This document shows, in pieces, positions 38,410 to 48,861 of a DNA stretch of 64,000 nt. Each line of letters begins with the position of its first letter. Position 1 is the first letter of the stretch. Position numbers and translations under genes: made by a program. Source of the stretch: a virus. The notes under the pieces are model-generated. The model searched no databases. It was not told the origin of the DNA and saw nothing but the letters and a program-made list of their open reading frames with translations. The stretch lies in IMG/VR virus record IMGVR_UViG_3300034072_001149, positions 1-64,000 of that record. The stretch is one strand, 5' to 3'.

Positions 38410-39357
38410 TTACTTCCTCTTGAAGTCGGAACCACGTAGATCAGTTGCCTGACCGATTGGGCTCTTTGGCGAATCGGAACCAAAACCATCCTTGGAATTC
38501 AGCTTAGCCGACTTGTCGCCTTCCTTGCTGACCTTGGACTGGCCATCAGTTGCCTTCTTAACCTGGTTCTTCAGTAGAGGACGAGCCTTTACTTCTGGAG
38601 CAGCTTCGCGGTCATGACCTTCGTGATGATCGCTGTGGATTTCCACGGCCTTGCCACCAACGCGGTCATCGGCATCGTGCTCTGGAAGAGGGCTCTTGTC
38701 GTTAACAGCAACCTTCGCACCGTCAGCGCCAATTTCCTTACCACCGTTGAGGTTTGGATCCTTTACAGGCTCAAGAGTCCAGGATTCTTCGAGATCAGCA
38801 AAATCGTCTTCCGACTCAGTTACTTCTTCGTCTGCTTCTGCAGATTCAAAAGCCGGGGCTTCTTCAGTCTGTTCTTCATCACCTTCCATGTCAGCTGGCT
38901 CTTCAATGTCTGCGTCCAGTTCAGGACCCATTTCTTCGCCTGCTTCATCAGCACCGGTGATTTCAGCAAATTCCGCCTTGAGGCGAGCCATTACAGCTTC
39001 TAGATCCTCAATGGTATCTGCAATAGTTTCTTCGGCTGGAAGCTCTTCGCCACCAACCATGTCTGCGTCCATATCAGCAGGCAGCTCTTCACTGTCAGCT
39101 TCTAGGTCCGCATCAGTCTCTTCGCCTTCAGCTTCGTCTTCAGCATTGTCGCCTTCAGCTTCGCTGTAGAACTCTTCAGACTCGATTGCTTCCTGGTCAT
39201 CCTCGATGTCCTGGGAAAGCGTATTGTCCTCCGACATAAGCTCTTCGTGGATCTGCTTGCTGCGCTCCACGAACCACTCGTGCAGGAGACCAGCTGCCTC
39301 GTTCTGCTCCTCATTGATGAGCATTTCGAGCACCTTGTTCAGGTCAACTGTCTTCAT
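38410..39357 (-). CDS. Acidic prohead core protein
   Basis: Very D/E-rich with LHEWFVE; start MKTVDL after GGAG; TAAATA upstream. Confidence 0.7.
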   Translation of the reverse strand: MKTVDLNKVLEMLINEEQNEAAGLLHEWFVERSKQIHEELMSEDNTLSQDIEDDQEAIESEEFYSEAEGDNAEDEAEGEETDADLEADSEELPADMDADMVGGEELPAEETIADTIEDLEAVMARLKAEFAEITGADEAGEEMGPELDADIEEPADMEGDEEQTEEAPAFESAEADEEVTESEDDFADLEESWTLEPVKDPNLNGGKEIGADGAKVAVNDKSPLPEHDADDRVGGKAVEIHSDHHEGHDREAAPEVKARPLLKNQVKKATDGQSKVSKEGDKSAKLNSKDGFGSDSPKSPIGQATDLRGSDFKRK

Positions 39358-39521
39358 AGTTGCTCTCCTTGTTACATTGAACATCGCGTGGCTCTGTTCA
39401 CCAAGTATTTAACCAAAGTGCTTCACAGCTAAGTGAAAAGGGTCAAAAACTTAGATTTTTGAGTTTTTGATGTTCAGATTGTTATGGTGGGGAGTTTTTC
39501 ACTCCCCACCAACACTGTCTC

Positions 39522-40976
39522 TTACTTTTTGAGACCTTTCGAACCCTTGCCACTAATTGGCGACTGGGTATTCACCGAACCATCCATTTTATTCAGAAGA
39601 GCCGACTTTGGTGCCGTGACCTTCTTTGGATCGTCCTTGGAATTCTGGACATGATGCTTGACTGGAGCATCCTTGACCTTTGGAGCCTTTTCAAGAGCAT
39701 GACCTTTGTGGTCTTTGCTCTTGATCTCGACGGCTTCGCCACCTACTCGCTTGTCACCCTTCTTTGAAGGAAGAGTCGACTTGGTGTTTACTGGCACTTT
39801 GCCTTCTTCACCAACTTGTGCTCCTTCAACATTCTGAAGCTTATCTGAGACGGTTTCTAGACCAGCAAAGCTCTCCTGTAGCTCAGCGATAAGAGACTCA
39901 ACGGTATTTGCCTTTGTGTCATTTCTCCAGGCGCGCTCTTCAGCATTGCTGTTACGATCAAATTCTTTGGAGAATTCTTCGTCGTCAGCTGATTCATCAA
40001 CTTCATCTTCGTCGTCGAATTCTTCATCTTCATCGTCATATTCGTATTCAGCAGCAATGCTCTTTTCAACATGATCGCTGATTGCCTGAGCCAGTGGGAT
40101 TTTGATTTCATCTGGCATCTGGGACGATGGCAAGACATTCCCCGTGCTATCATCATCAGGAAGTTCGTCACTTGCTTCGATTTCCGCCATTACACCTTTA
40201 ACGCTGTAGTCAGAATACTGTTCAGTGAAAAGAAGATTGATGAAATATCCGTTTACTATTCCAATAAAGCCGACTTGTGGTCCCGACGTTGGGTTACCAT
40301 CCTGCTCTACTTCTAGATCAGGATATCCTTCCAAGGAATACAAATCAAAATCATCATCGTCAGATTCAGTCACTTCGCCTTCATACTGAAGAGCAGCTTT
40401 TTCTTTACGTGCTTTGTTGGCAACCATATCAAGACCAACAATACGACGACCAATCTTTTCATCATCAGCATTTGGTTGATCACGATACTTGCGGGCCTTC
40501 TTTGCGTATGCCATCTGGGTGTCGCGAGATAGTTCGTTAATCTGAGATTCGTCCATGTCTTCATCACCAGACAAGGTGGCTACAACATAGGCGATAGAAA
40601 CTTCACGCTCTTCATCTGGCCAAATACCACTGTCAAAGACTTCTTGATCGTCGACATTTCGCATCAGTTCAGCCATTACATCGTCATGCCCATCATAAAC
40701 GTCGGCTTCATAAGGCACTTGTATCCAAAAAATTTGAGCGAGGTCTTCACCTAGATCGAATTCTTCCATCCCCTCAGTCTGGCCACTTTGAATCATATCA
40801 CCAATCTGATCTAGAATGTCGTAAACATCGTCTTCAGTATTTTCCATTACCGGTTGGACGATTTGCTTGTGGACCTTTTTACCTTGCTCAACAAACCACT
40901 CATGTAGAGCAGCCTGGGCGTCTTCCACGTTATCGCTGTTAAGCGATTCCATGATATCCATTAGAGTGATTTTCAT
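39522..40976 (-). CDS. Acidic prohead core protein paralog
   Basis: Shares LHEWFVE and RVGG.AVEI...GH..E.AP.VK with 38410..39357. Confidence 0.7.
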   Translation of the reverse strand: MKITLMDIMESLNSDNVEDAQAALHEWFVEQGKKVHKQIVQPVMENTEDDVYDILDQIGDMIQSGQTEGMEEFDLGEDLAQIFWIQVPYEADVYDGHDDVMAELMRNVDDQEVFDSGIWPDEEREVSIAYVVATLSGDEDMDESQINELSRDTQMAYAKKARKYRDQPNADDEKIGRRIVGLDMVANKARKEKAALQYEGEVTESDDDDFDLYSLEGYPDLEVEQDGNPTSGPQVGFIGIVNGYFINLLFTEQYSDYSVKGVMAEIEASDELPDDDSTGNVLPSSQMPDEIKIPLAQAISDHVEKSIAAEYEYDDEDEEFDDEDEVDESADDEEFSKEFDRNSNAEERAWRNDTKANTVESLIAELQESFAGLETVSDKLQNVEGAQVGEEGKVPVNTKSTLPSKKGDKRVGGEAVEIKSKDHKGHALEKAPKVKDAPVKHHVQNSKDDPKKVTAPKSALLNKMDGSVNTQSPISGKGSKGLKK

Positions 40977-41051
40977 TTTTTCTCCTTCGCGAAAGGAATC
41001 AGAGATAAAACTCTGATATTCGTTCGTATTTACCGTAAAGGCAAATCACCT

Positions 41052-41552
41052 TTGATGTTTGACAGGTGGTCTTTGTCTGCTAAGATGCGGTCAAAGGAGA
41101 AAAGCGTGCTTCAGATTAATCCACAGCTTATTGAAGGAGTTAACTCCTTCAAGGAAAAAGCAGATCGTTCATTCCTGAACCTGTTGCGCGAAATGGACCG
41201 CAACGATATACAGGGCCAAGCAACAATTCGATATCTCATCCAGCTCAAGCACTGGCCCTTTACCCCAGATAGTGAATTCGCAGGGCTTCTAGAGCATTTC
41301 TTTGGTTCTTATGAAGGCAGAAAGTCATTATCTCCTCAAGAATACCAGAACACGACCTTTGAGATGATAAAGAGTGCCTGGGATTATGAATGCGTATTAC
41401 CAGTAGTTGAACCAAAAGAGCCGGTTGTTGAAAAGACCAAATCAAGTCATAAAGCTTCCAAACCAAAAATGGTAAGTGAAGATAGTCTTGAAGAAGGTGA
41501 AAGCGGCTCAAAGACTTTCAAATCTATCAATCAAGCAGCCTCTGAAACTTGA
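41052..41552 (+). CDS. Hypothetical protein
   Basis: ORF; likely true start is GTG ~41106 after AAGGAG. Confidence 0.6.
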   Translation: MMFDRWSLSAKMRSKEKSVLQINPQLIEGVNSFKEKADRSFLNLLREMDRNDIQGQATIRYLIQLKHWPFTPDSEFAGLLEHFFGSYEGRKSLSPQEYQNTTFEMIKSAWDYECVLPVVEPKEPVVEKTKSSHKASKPKMVSEDSLEEGESGSKTFKSINQAASET

Positions 41553-41597
41553 TCTAGAAGACCAAAGATTCTAGAATAGGTGTAAGGAGTTTCTTGA

Positions 41598-41885
41598 ATG
41601 CAGAGCGAAAAGATCAAAACCATTGTGGCCCAAGTCAAAGCATTGTCTAGGGGCGAGGAAGAAGCTGAAAATGTAATGATGGCAATGGTAAAGGATATGG
41701 CCAGATCGCCAACTTTTGCTGTTGCTATTATTCACCGACTAAAGGATGAAGGGATAGACCTTCTCAGTCAAGACGGTGATACCGCGGAAGTTTTCAAATC
41801 CAAATTCAGACCACAGATGGAAAAACTGGGTGAGCGTGAACTCACCCAGATCAAGAAGATTTCAGGAAAGCTATTTCAGGAGTAG
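41598..41885 (+). CDS. Hypothetical protein
   Basis: 95 aa ORF with AAGGAG RBS. Confidence 0.6.
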   Translation: MQSEKIKTIVAQVKALSRGEEEAENVMMAMVKDMARSPTFAVAIIHRLKDEGIDLLSQDGDTAEVFKSKFRPQMEKLGERELTQIKKISGKLFQE

Positions 41886-42152
41886 TTATTCTTCACTAGC
41901 ATTGACACCATTGAGGCCATACATAATACCCAGCAGCTCTTGCTTGCGGGTCATTTCTAGGTTTTTAGTGGACCTGATCTTTTTCAAACGATTGATCATC
42001 TTCAAAGTCAGCTTTGGCTTCCTAGTAGATTCAATATCTGGTCCACTAACCTCGTCCTCTTCAGGACTATAACGGGAATTAGCAGCTTGATCCCTAGAGG
42101 ATTCTACCCTCTGGGCATCTTCATTCAAATTTGAAAATTCACGATACCTCAT
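41886..42152 (-). CDS. Small head-assembly protein
   Basis: TRKPKLTL..INRLKK..MYG; overlaps the portal stop codon. Confidence 0.65.
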   Translation of the reverse strand: MRYREFSNLNEDAQRVESSRDQAANSRYSPEEDEVSGPDIESTRKPKLTLKMINRLKKIRSTKNLEMTRKQELLGIMYGLNGVNASEE

Positions 42153-43888
42153 GCTGCTTCCTCCCCGTCATCAGCTGATGACTCGTCTCCACTTATTGGA
42201 CTTGCTGATCCGTCATCGGCGCCATCATCAATTGTTTCGTCACCCAAGTCGTCACCCATGTCTAAATCGTCATTGGGTCGAATACCAATGCTGTCTAGAC
42301 CAGCGGGAGTAGCACCTGCAAAGCTATCATCGGCTGCGGTTCCCTTGGTAGCGTCGCGATTTTCTTCTCGCCACATGCGCTCGTTCTCGTTGATTTCTTC
42401 TTCTGACATACCCAACTTGTTGAGCATCAACCAACGCTTGGAGAAATGTTTCATCTCAGCAAGAGGCTGATAAACACTGATCGCGACAGCGTCGCGCTCT
42501 AGCTTCGCATAAACACCAAAGTTCTCTGGTGGGTTAAAGTTCAGCTCATAGAGACTAGCATCAATATTGTAACCGCGACGACGAACAAAAAGCTTGAATT
42601 CATCATCAAAAACGGGAGCCAATAGATTCTGTAGGCGTTGACAGTATTGAGCAAAACGAAACTCTTGAATATAGGCAGTTCCTACTCGACCATCGTTGAA
42701 GCTCTGCATACCATCATCAGGACCAGTTGGTAGATAACTTGAAGGAACTCTGAGACCGCGAAGAAGCTTATTGGACCAGAACCTCAAGTCGTCAATCTGC
42801 CCTAGGTTTTCACCTGCTGGTAGAGTTTCAACCCTACTACCGCGTCCTTCAGCACTCTGCGCAAAGAAGAAATCTTCCATCATGCTCATGGGATTATAGG
42901 TAGCATCACCAATACTGGCTCCACCACCAGTTCGGTTAGGGTATCGTCGCTGATGGATCTCATTCTTGACCTTTTCAAGATATCCACCGACTTTGTGAAG
43001 AGGCATGCCTCCAACGTCCACATAGAAAACTCTACGCTCAGGAGCTCTCTGGATACGATAGATGATTACCGCTTCTTCTAGAAGACCTTTTTCACGCCAT
43101 ACCTTGTAGACACTCTCTAGAATTGAAGTACCAAAAGGCCAATTGGCATCAAGTCCTTCACTCAAGCTGAGATGAACAACATGGGTTGCTTCAATAGCAG
43201 TCTGAGTTGAGTCCCTGTCAAAACGGGTATTATTTGGATGACCACGACCCCAACGCTTCAAATCCTTGCTGGGCTGTTGGACGCTCATTTGACTTGAGCC
43301 GCCTGTCAAATTCTGCCCATAAGCATCAGGAGCAGTAGCCGTGAAACTGTTTAGATTAACATCAAGGTCACTGAAAACATAGGCTTCTGGTTGCTTACCC
43401 TCAGCTTCATTGACTAGAATTTTATCAACTTTTGTGGGATCAACCCAGAACCAACGAAGAGTTTCAGGGTCACGGATAAAGAACTGGTCACCATACTTTA
43501 GAGTAGAACGAAACATTCTCCAAGTTCTACGCTTGAAGTCGTTGATCTTACTCCACTGCATCAAACAGTTTTTTAAAATCTCCACTTCAGTATCGCTTGC
43601 TTCTTTGCGATAGTTGATTTCAAAGACTTCATCTGTTTTTGTGTCCTTTTGAACACAAAAATCTGCAATTGTATCCAAAGCAGCATTTACTTCTGAATCG
43701 TTATCCATGTCATCATATTGACCATATCGGTCAATACGCATTGGTGAACCTTCATAAACTTCTGGTAAGATGCTAGCATAGTTGGCGCTACTCCCACCGG
43801 TGGTTGGATCATAGTCGCGAGAACGAGCCAGCTGGTTTTTCAACCTCTGGTTCATTGGTACGACCTGCATATGCTTTTTATAGGACAT
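42149..43888 (-). CDS. gp20: Portal protein (T4 gp20-like)
   Basis: MDNDSEVNAALD, YGDQFF, IYRIQRAPERRVFYVDVG, EDFFF and ETLPAG motifs. Confidence 0.96.
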   Translation of the reverse strand: MSYKKHMQVVPMNQRLKNQLARSRDYDPTTGGSSANYASILPEVYEGSPMRIDRYGQYDDMDNDSEVNAALDTIADFCVQKDTKTDEVFEINYRKEASDTEVEILKNCLMQWSKINDFKRRTWRMFRSTLKYGDQFFIRDPETLRWFWVDPTKVDKILVNEAEGKQPEAYVFSDLDVNLNSFTATAPDAYGQNLTGGSSQMSVQQPSKDLKRWGRGHPNNTRFDRDSTQTAIEATHVVHLSLSEGLDANWPFGTSILESVYKVWREKGLLEEAVIIYRIQRAPERRVFYVDVGGMPLHKVGGYLEKVKNEIHQRRYPNRTGGGASIGDATYNPMSMMEDFFFAQSAEGRGSRVETLPAGENLGQIDDLRFWSNKLLRGLRVPSSYLPTGPDDGMQSFNDGRVGTAYIQEFRFAQYCQRLQNLLAPVFDDEFKLFVRRRGYNIDASLYELNFNPPENFGVYAKLERDAVAISVYQPLAEMKHFSKRWLMLNKLGMSEEEINENERMWREENRDATKGTAADDSFAGATPAGLDSIGIRPNDDLDMGDDLGDETIDDGADDGSASPISGDESSADDGEEAA

Positions 43889-43924
43889 CTGGCGCCTTTG
43901 CGGGTAAAACTCCAGATATTTAGC

Positions 43925-46321
43925 TTAGAAGGAATGCTCGGCTATAGACTTTGTATTCTTGTTGCCTTCCTGTAGCAGACGATCCATTCTATCACTCATA
44001 TTGCGTATCACAGCGATTTCTTCACGAACCGCTTCTAGATGTCGATCGCTGTTGTCTTTGATCTGCTTTAGGATTCCTGTAGAGCGTTCTGTTGCTTCCA
44101 TTATTCTATTTGTCATTTGATCAACAGTCAGAGAAGTCCTAGAACGCTGCCCTGTAGCATCAGCTGGAGCGGCAACGTTGCGTGGTTTAGACTGCGGCAC
44201 GTTAGACCCTGCACGGGCACTCATAGGGCTTTGAGAAGCATCACTGCCCGTTAAGTTGTCCCAGTCGTTGTAGATTGCTCCTCCAAGACCAGTAAGACCA
44301 CCTAGGACAGCACCTGGAATCGCACCAACACCGGCAAAGGCTGAACCAGCTAACGCACCACTACCGGCTCCGCTTAAAATACTAGTTAGATAGCTAGTGC
44401 TTCGTGATCCAAAGAAGCCTTTTTCATTGGCCCCAGTTCCAGTAAAACTTTCACCTCGACGACTCTGGATTTGTTCACCGGATAGATACATGCCACCAAC
44501 ACCGGCAGCGACACCGCCTGCGATCCCAAGAGCAGGAGCAGCAACCCTAGCCAAACCAGCCAGTCGACCTGCGCCACCAGCAAGTCGCCCTGCGCCTCCA
44601 ACTGCGCCTCCAGCCCCTCGGGCACCAGAACCCAAAAACGAGCCGATGCCTCGAAAAACTTTCAAACCACCTGCTGCTGCCGTCAATGCTCCGGAGAAAA
44701 TAGCCAGACCACCAGCTACACCAATTGCTGCCACCCCAATAGAGCCCATTGTATTAGTCTGAAGGGAAGCGCTCATAGCAAGTTCTTGAAGCTTTACGTT
44801 GAAAGCATCCATATTAGGTAGAATGTCGTCCCTGAGCTTAGGACCCATCATATCAACCATAGGATTGAATACAGCAGTAACACCCGAATCAATAGTTACC
44901 ATTGCCTTGTTGAATGATTCAGCAAGCTGTAGGGCACCTACACCAGCGCGCTGTTCGTCATTCTGATTTTGATCAGAAGCACGGTTGAAATCATAATCTG
45001 TATTATTGCTCTGAGACACAAAGCGATTTTGAAGAACTGATTTCAAAGCACCGCTTAATGGATTATTGTCAAGACCTGCTTGTTGGGCAAATTGTAGCTG
45101 AAGATCTTTGTTCTTAGCTAGATTGGCCCCATTTTCCTTTAGAGCTCTAGCCACCTCTATCTGAACTTGGTCGGAGGATGCTCCGCGACTCAACATACTT
45201 TCAGCAAGAGACAATGCTTTCTGTAAATCAGGATTGACAGCAGCAAGTTCAGCAGCAGGTTTGTTGACTACCTGCCCATAAGTTAGCTGATCCGTAATGG
45301 CCTGAACACCAACATCGCCAAAGTTGTTTTTAAAGATATCTCGAACCGCATTGGCAGTTTGGGCATCAAATCCCTTGGAATCTGCCACAGCATTAAACTG
45401 ATAATCAGCGGCTGCTAGTTTCTGTGCTTCCAGGGCCTCTTCTCGGGTTTTACCTAGAATATGAGCTGTGGTTTCACTGGTCTTTACCAAGTTTAGGATA
45501 CCAGCAGCCATTTGCTCACTTGAACGATTCTGACCGGCACCCTGAAGTCTTAGAATCTCAGCATAAGTGGAAGTGACTTCAGTGATTTGATCAGGCAACA
45601 TTCCCATATAACCAGACGCACGAGTCATCTCTACTAGGGATTTTCTAACGTCGCCGAATTTGATAGCACCTAGCTGACGAGCACCCTGGGTTCCGTTGCT
45701 CATTGCTTCAACAAACTGCTTTACAGTCATACCAGCTGCTGATGCTTGGCGGCCCATATCCTGCATGGACATGACTGAGCCTTCACCAGTAGCCATGAGC
45801 TGTCTATAGAAGTCTATTCTTTCAGCACCAACTGAAAAGCTTTTTGCTACGAATGCAGATGCCGATGATGCCACTGCTCCAAAAGAGCTATTGGCCGCAG
45901 CCAGTCTTTCACCAAAGGTTTTGGTGTTTTTTCCCGCTGTATCAACAGCGTCGGAAAACTCATTGGCTTCAGAACCGGCTTTTCGCAGGATCTGATCCAA
46001 AATGGTATTACCATCGCGATCACCCTGACGACGAGTCTTTTCTTCAGTTATTATGGTATTGCGTTTGGTAGTTGGAGACTGAACCGGATTAGGTCCTGGA
46101 CGAGGGGCGCCCTTGCGCATCTCTTTGACCAATTCACTTATGATAGTTTTTCTATCTTGTGTGGATGAGTCACCCTTACCAATAGATCCACTCATTTTAT
46201 TGAGGATCATTCTAATGCGGTAAAGCTCGTCGCGAGACAGCTGGTCACCCTTGGTTCTCTCTAGGCGGTCACCAAGATTTTCAATGATCGTCTTGAGTTG
46301 TTCAAGGTCAAAATCAGCCAT
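43925..46321 (-). CDS. Tape measure-like tail protein
   Basis: Ala/Gly-rich helical protein with glycine-zipper segments; start MADFDL after GGGGAG. Confidence 0.7.
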   Translation of the reverse strand: MADFDLEQLKTIIENLGDRLERTKGDQLSRDELYRIRMILNKMSGSIGKGDSSTQDRKTIISELVKEMRKGAPRPGPNPVQSPTTKRNTIITEEKTRRQGDRDGNTILDQILRKAGSEANEFSDAVDTAGKNTKTFGERLAAANSSFGAVASSASAFVAKSFSVGAERIDFYRQLMATGEGSVMSMQDMGRQASAAGMTVKQFVEAMSNGTQGARQLGAIKFGDVRKSLVEMTRASGYMGMLPDQITEVTSTYAEILRLQGAGQNRSSEQMAAGILNLVKTSETTAHILGKTREEALEAQKLAAADYQFNAVADSKGFDAQTANAVRDIFKNNFGDVGVQAITDQLTYGQVVNKPAAELAAVNPDLQKALSLAESMLSRGASSDQVQIEVARALKENGANLAKNKDLQLQFAQQAGLDNNPLSGALKSVLQNRFVSQSNNTDYDFNRASDQNQNDEQRAGVGALQLAESFNKAMVTIDSGVTAVFNPMVDMMGPKLRDDILPNMDAFNVKLQELAMSASLQTNTMGSIGVAAIGVAGGLAIFSGALTAAAGGLKVFRGIGSFLGSGARGAGGAVGGAGRLAGGAGRLAGLARVAAPALGIAGGVAAGVGGMYLSGEQIQSRRGESFTGTGANEKGFFGSRSTSYLTSILSGAGSGALAGSAFAGVGAIPGAVLGGLTGLGGAIYNDWDNLTGSDASQSPMSARAGSNVPQSKPRNVAAPADATGQRSRTSLTVDQMTNRIMEATERSTGILKQIKDNSDRHLEAVREEIAVIRNMSDRMDRLLQEGNKNTKSIAEHSF

Positions 46322-46393
46322 AGGTCTCCCCGATCTTACATCATTATTTAGTGACCTATTAACCGCGCGGTTTATCAACCGATAAGTAGACGT

Positions 46394-47272
46394 ATGAAAG
46401 AGGAGACAAAGATGTCCAACAATCCATTAGCCGCTTATTTCCGTGGGGCAGACGTTCACCAAATGCTACCCACACAGGGTCAGTTTTTTGAAGAAGGTGA
46501 AATTGACCTAGCCATTAACGGGGAAGTCGCCATTCTACCAATGACCGCCGCTGATGAGATTATTTTGAAGAACCCAGACGCTTTGCTGAATGGCGATGCT
46601 CTGGAGCGTCTTTTCAAAAGTTGTGTTCCGGCAATCAAGTCTCCCCGTAAAATCAGCGTTCCTGACATGGACGTTTTGCTACTGGCTATAAAATTGGCCA
46701 GTTATGGAGACACGCTTGAAATCTCCACTACTTGCCCCAAGTGTAAGACAGAATCTTCTTTTGAAACAAGCATAAGGGGAATCCTGGCTAGTATCACTCT
46801 GGTCAAAGATGAAGATACGCTAGTTCGAATTGACGATGACATGGTAGTGTATCTGAAGCCTTATGATTTCGAAAGTAAAACCAAGTTGGATCTGGCAGCA
46901 TTTGAAGAGGCCAAGCTTCTTCAACACCTATTGAGCATGGATGCCGATGACGAGGAAAAGGCCAAACTTTTCAATGAATCGTTTGAAAAAATTGCAGAAC
47001 TCAATCTGGATTTGCTCAGTCATTGTATAAGACATATTCAGATTCCTGACCGGGCTTCTAATGGTGAAACCATAATGGTTTCAGACCAAACCCATATCAG
47101 AGAGTTTGTCCGCAACGCTGACAAGAATAAGATCAAGAAGATCAACGAAAAGCTTGCTCATCTAAGTCAGAGTGGTGTCAATCGTGATATTGATGTTCAG
47201 TGCGCAAATGAAGAATGTAAGCATGAATGGAAAACCCAAATGACTTTTGATGCTGCCCATTTTTTCGCCTAA
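46394..47272 (+). CDS. Baseplate hub assembly/tail chaperone (T4 gp26-like)
   Basis: NPLAAYFR, PMTAADE, PDALLNG, CPKC and C-terminal HFF. Confidence 0.8.
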   Translation: MKEETKMSNNPLAAYFRGADVHQMLPTQGQFFEEGEIDLAINGEVAILPMTAADEIILKNPDALLNGDALERLFKSCVPAIKSPRKISVPDMDVLLLAIKLASYGDTLEISTTCPKCKTESSFETSIRGILASITLVKDEDTLVRIDDDMVVYLKPYDFESKTKLDLAAFEEAKLLQHLLSMDADDEEKAKLFNESFEKIAELNLDLLSHCIRHIQIPDRASNGETIMVSDQTHIREFVRNADKNKIKKINEKLAHLSQSGVNRDIDVQCANEECKHEWKTQMTFDAAHFFA

Positions 47273-47496
47273 GGCTCTTGGGGACTCCACCTGAAGATGT
47301 GCCGCTGATTCTTCAGGAATATGTGGACGAAGCAAGAGCCCTTGAATCACAATTGATACAGATAGCTTTTTATATGCGAGGAGGTTGTCCACTGGATCAA
47401 GCTTACAAGCTAACAAATAACCAGAGGAAGAGCACCCTAAAGTTCATTGAAGAGAATATCGAGAGAACCAACAAAACTGGCATTATGATGCACTAA
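47260..47496 (+). CDS. -1 frame extension of the upstream chaperone (putative frameshift product)
   Basis: Slippery T TTT TTC at 47260-47266. The -1 frame is open into ORF 47278..47496 (YMRGG), which has no RBS. Confidence 0.6.
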   Translation, partial: FFRLRLLGTPPEDVPLILQEYVDEARALESQLIQIAFYMRGGCPLDQAYKLTNNQRKSTLKFIEENIERTNKTGIMMH

Positions 47497-47909
47497 AGGG
47501 AGCCAGTTTCCAGAAAAATACCTGCTAGATTGGAGTTGCGACTTACATGGCAAAACTCAAGATCAAGACCCTGAGAGACCTCCTTGAACTTCTTGAACAG
47601 GTCGATAAGCAATTGGTTATTGATCTTCCAAAGACCGGAAGCCTGATTGATAACCAGCTGACTGTCACCAAAAATGACAGCCTTTTGAACGCCATTGTCT
47701 TTGGCCCAAATAACAGCCCAGATCAACGCTGACCATTCCGCCACATTATTAGTTCCCTGCCCGAGATCTTTCATTGTGAGTGCTTGAGGTTTTTCATTAT
47801 CCCTGCAGATGACGATACATGAACTCATTCGTCCTGGGTTGGGTGAACAGCCGCCGTCGAAGTAGATCTTTATTTCAGGGCCATAACGGGCAAAATCAGA
47901 ATTATCCAT
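47493..47909 (-). CDS. rnhA: Ribonuclease HI
   Basis: IYFDGGCSPNPG, TNNVAEW, GDSQLVINQ and HVSRNSN motifs. Confidence 0.9.
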   Translation of the reverse strand: MDNSDFARYGPEIKIYFDGGCSPNPGRMSSCIVICRDNEKPQALTMKDLGQGTNNVAEWSALIWAVIWAKDNGVQKAVIFGDSQLVINQASGLWKINNQLLIDLFKKFKEVSQGLDLEFCHVSRNSNLAGIFLETGSL

Positions 47910-47949
47910 TCCTAATACTAATCAATCAGTCATGGAATCGTCAATCTCT

Positions 47950-48240
47950 TCATGGGCTCTAGCCCATTGGCTTCACCTTCAGCTTGCTTTGCTGCGCTGA
48001 AGGACAAACGTGATTACACTCGCTGTTACTCGTGAATCACGTTTGTATTAGGTTTGAAGTAGAGTTCTGGATTGTTGAGTAAAAAGCAGAATTACGATCT
48101 ATATTCTCCTCGAACATTATCATTGGAATTGGTTACTCAGGACGAACTAATGATTAACAAAGCACTGAGCTTTCTGGCATTGCCAGAATAGCGAAGTAGG
48201 ACTTTGCGAGTGTGAGCTTGCGAGCGCGAGTAAAGGCCTC
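47950..48240. other. Cluster of imperfect hairpins with CGAG/GCGAG motifs (possible primosome/ssi-type origin element)
   Basis: ccttcagc..gctgaagg, acaaacgtgatt..aatcacgtttgt and tttgcgagtgtgagcttgcgagcgcgagtaaag. Confidence 0.4.
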
Positions 48241-48780
48241 TTGACCTTTGGAACTTTGGCTGAACTCTGTATCCAATCGTTCAGTCACACTGACTTCCCC
48301 CGTTTCCGGGAGAAGTTCAAAAATGAATAGAATCTATAGATTTAAGGGATTCACACAATATGACTGGCGTGGACAGTTCAGAGGATCCTAGGTCTGCCAT
48401 TATATCCTGCACCTTTTCAGTGCTCACTGCCGCTTCTGTGTAATCGGTCTCCAGCTGGAGTACCTTTCCACACAGGACGGTCGGTAGTTCGTTACGCTAC
48501 CACTCAACATCTCCATTGCTCACGCCAGCGGCTCCGGAGACTTGCTCGTTTCTTTTCAAAACGAGTCTAGTCTTTGACTAGGGCGTCCCACTCTTTGGAG
48601 AGCGAGGGACCTGCCTAGATTTCCAGGACGTTGCCGAAGCCATCTCCAGATCCATTCGAGATCCGTTGAAGTTCCTCTGGGGTTTAGCACGTAGCCACTT
48701 TCCCAGCCCATGGTCGCCGCCCAATACAGCGCTCTCCGGGGGTTCGAGGGCATGATCTGCGCCTCCACTGCCTTATCTTT
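48240..48780 (-). ncRNA. Large ornate structured RNA
   Basis: GC-elevated with no credible ORF. GAAA/GUAA tetraloops on the minus strand. Long-range pairs 48364-48371 with 48521-48528 and 48379-48385 with 48673-48679. Confidence 0.6.
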
Positions 48781-48828
48781 CTCATACTTCAGTTTCCAAA
48801 CACTGATAAATAAGTATGTAAAGGACGG

Positions 48829-48861
48829 GTATATTATTGGGTGGTAGTATATTATTGGGTG
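48829..48861. repeat. 15-bp direct repeat gtatattattgggtg x2
   Basis: Copies at 48829-48843 and 48847-48861 within a G/T-skewed tract. Confidence 0.9.

Noticed and set aside
48240-48780. RNase P RNA or group II intron
   Set aside because: GAGGAACUUC only loosely resembles P4 and has no 3' partner. No domain V or GUGYG start was seen.
48829-48861. CRISPR mini-array
   Set aside because: Only two 15-bp copies with a 3-bp gap, no spacer-length sequence and no cas genes.
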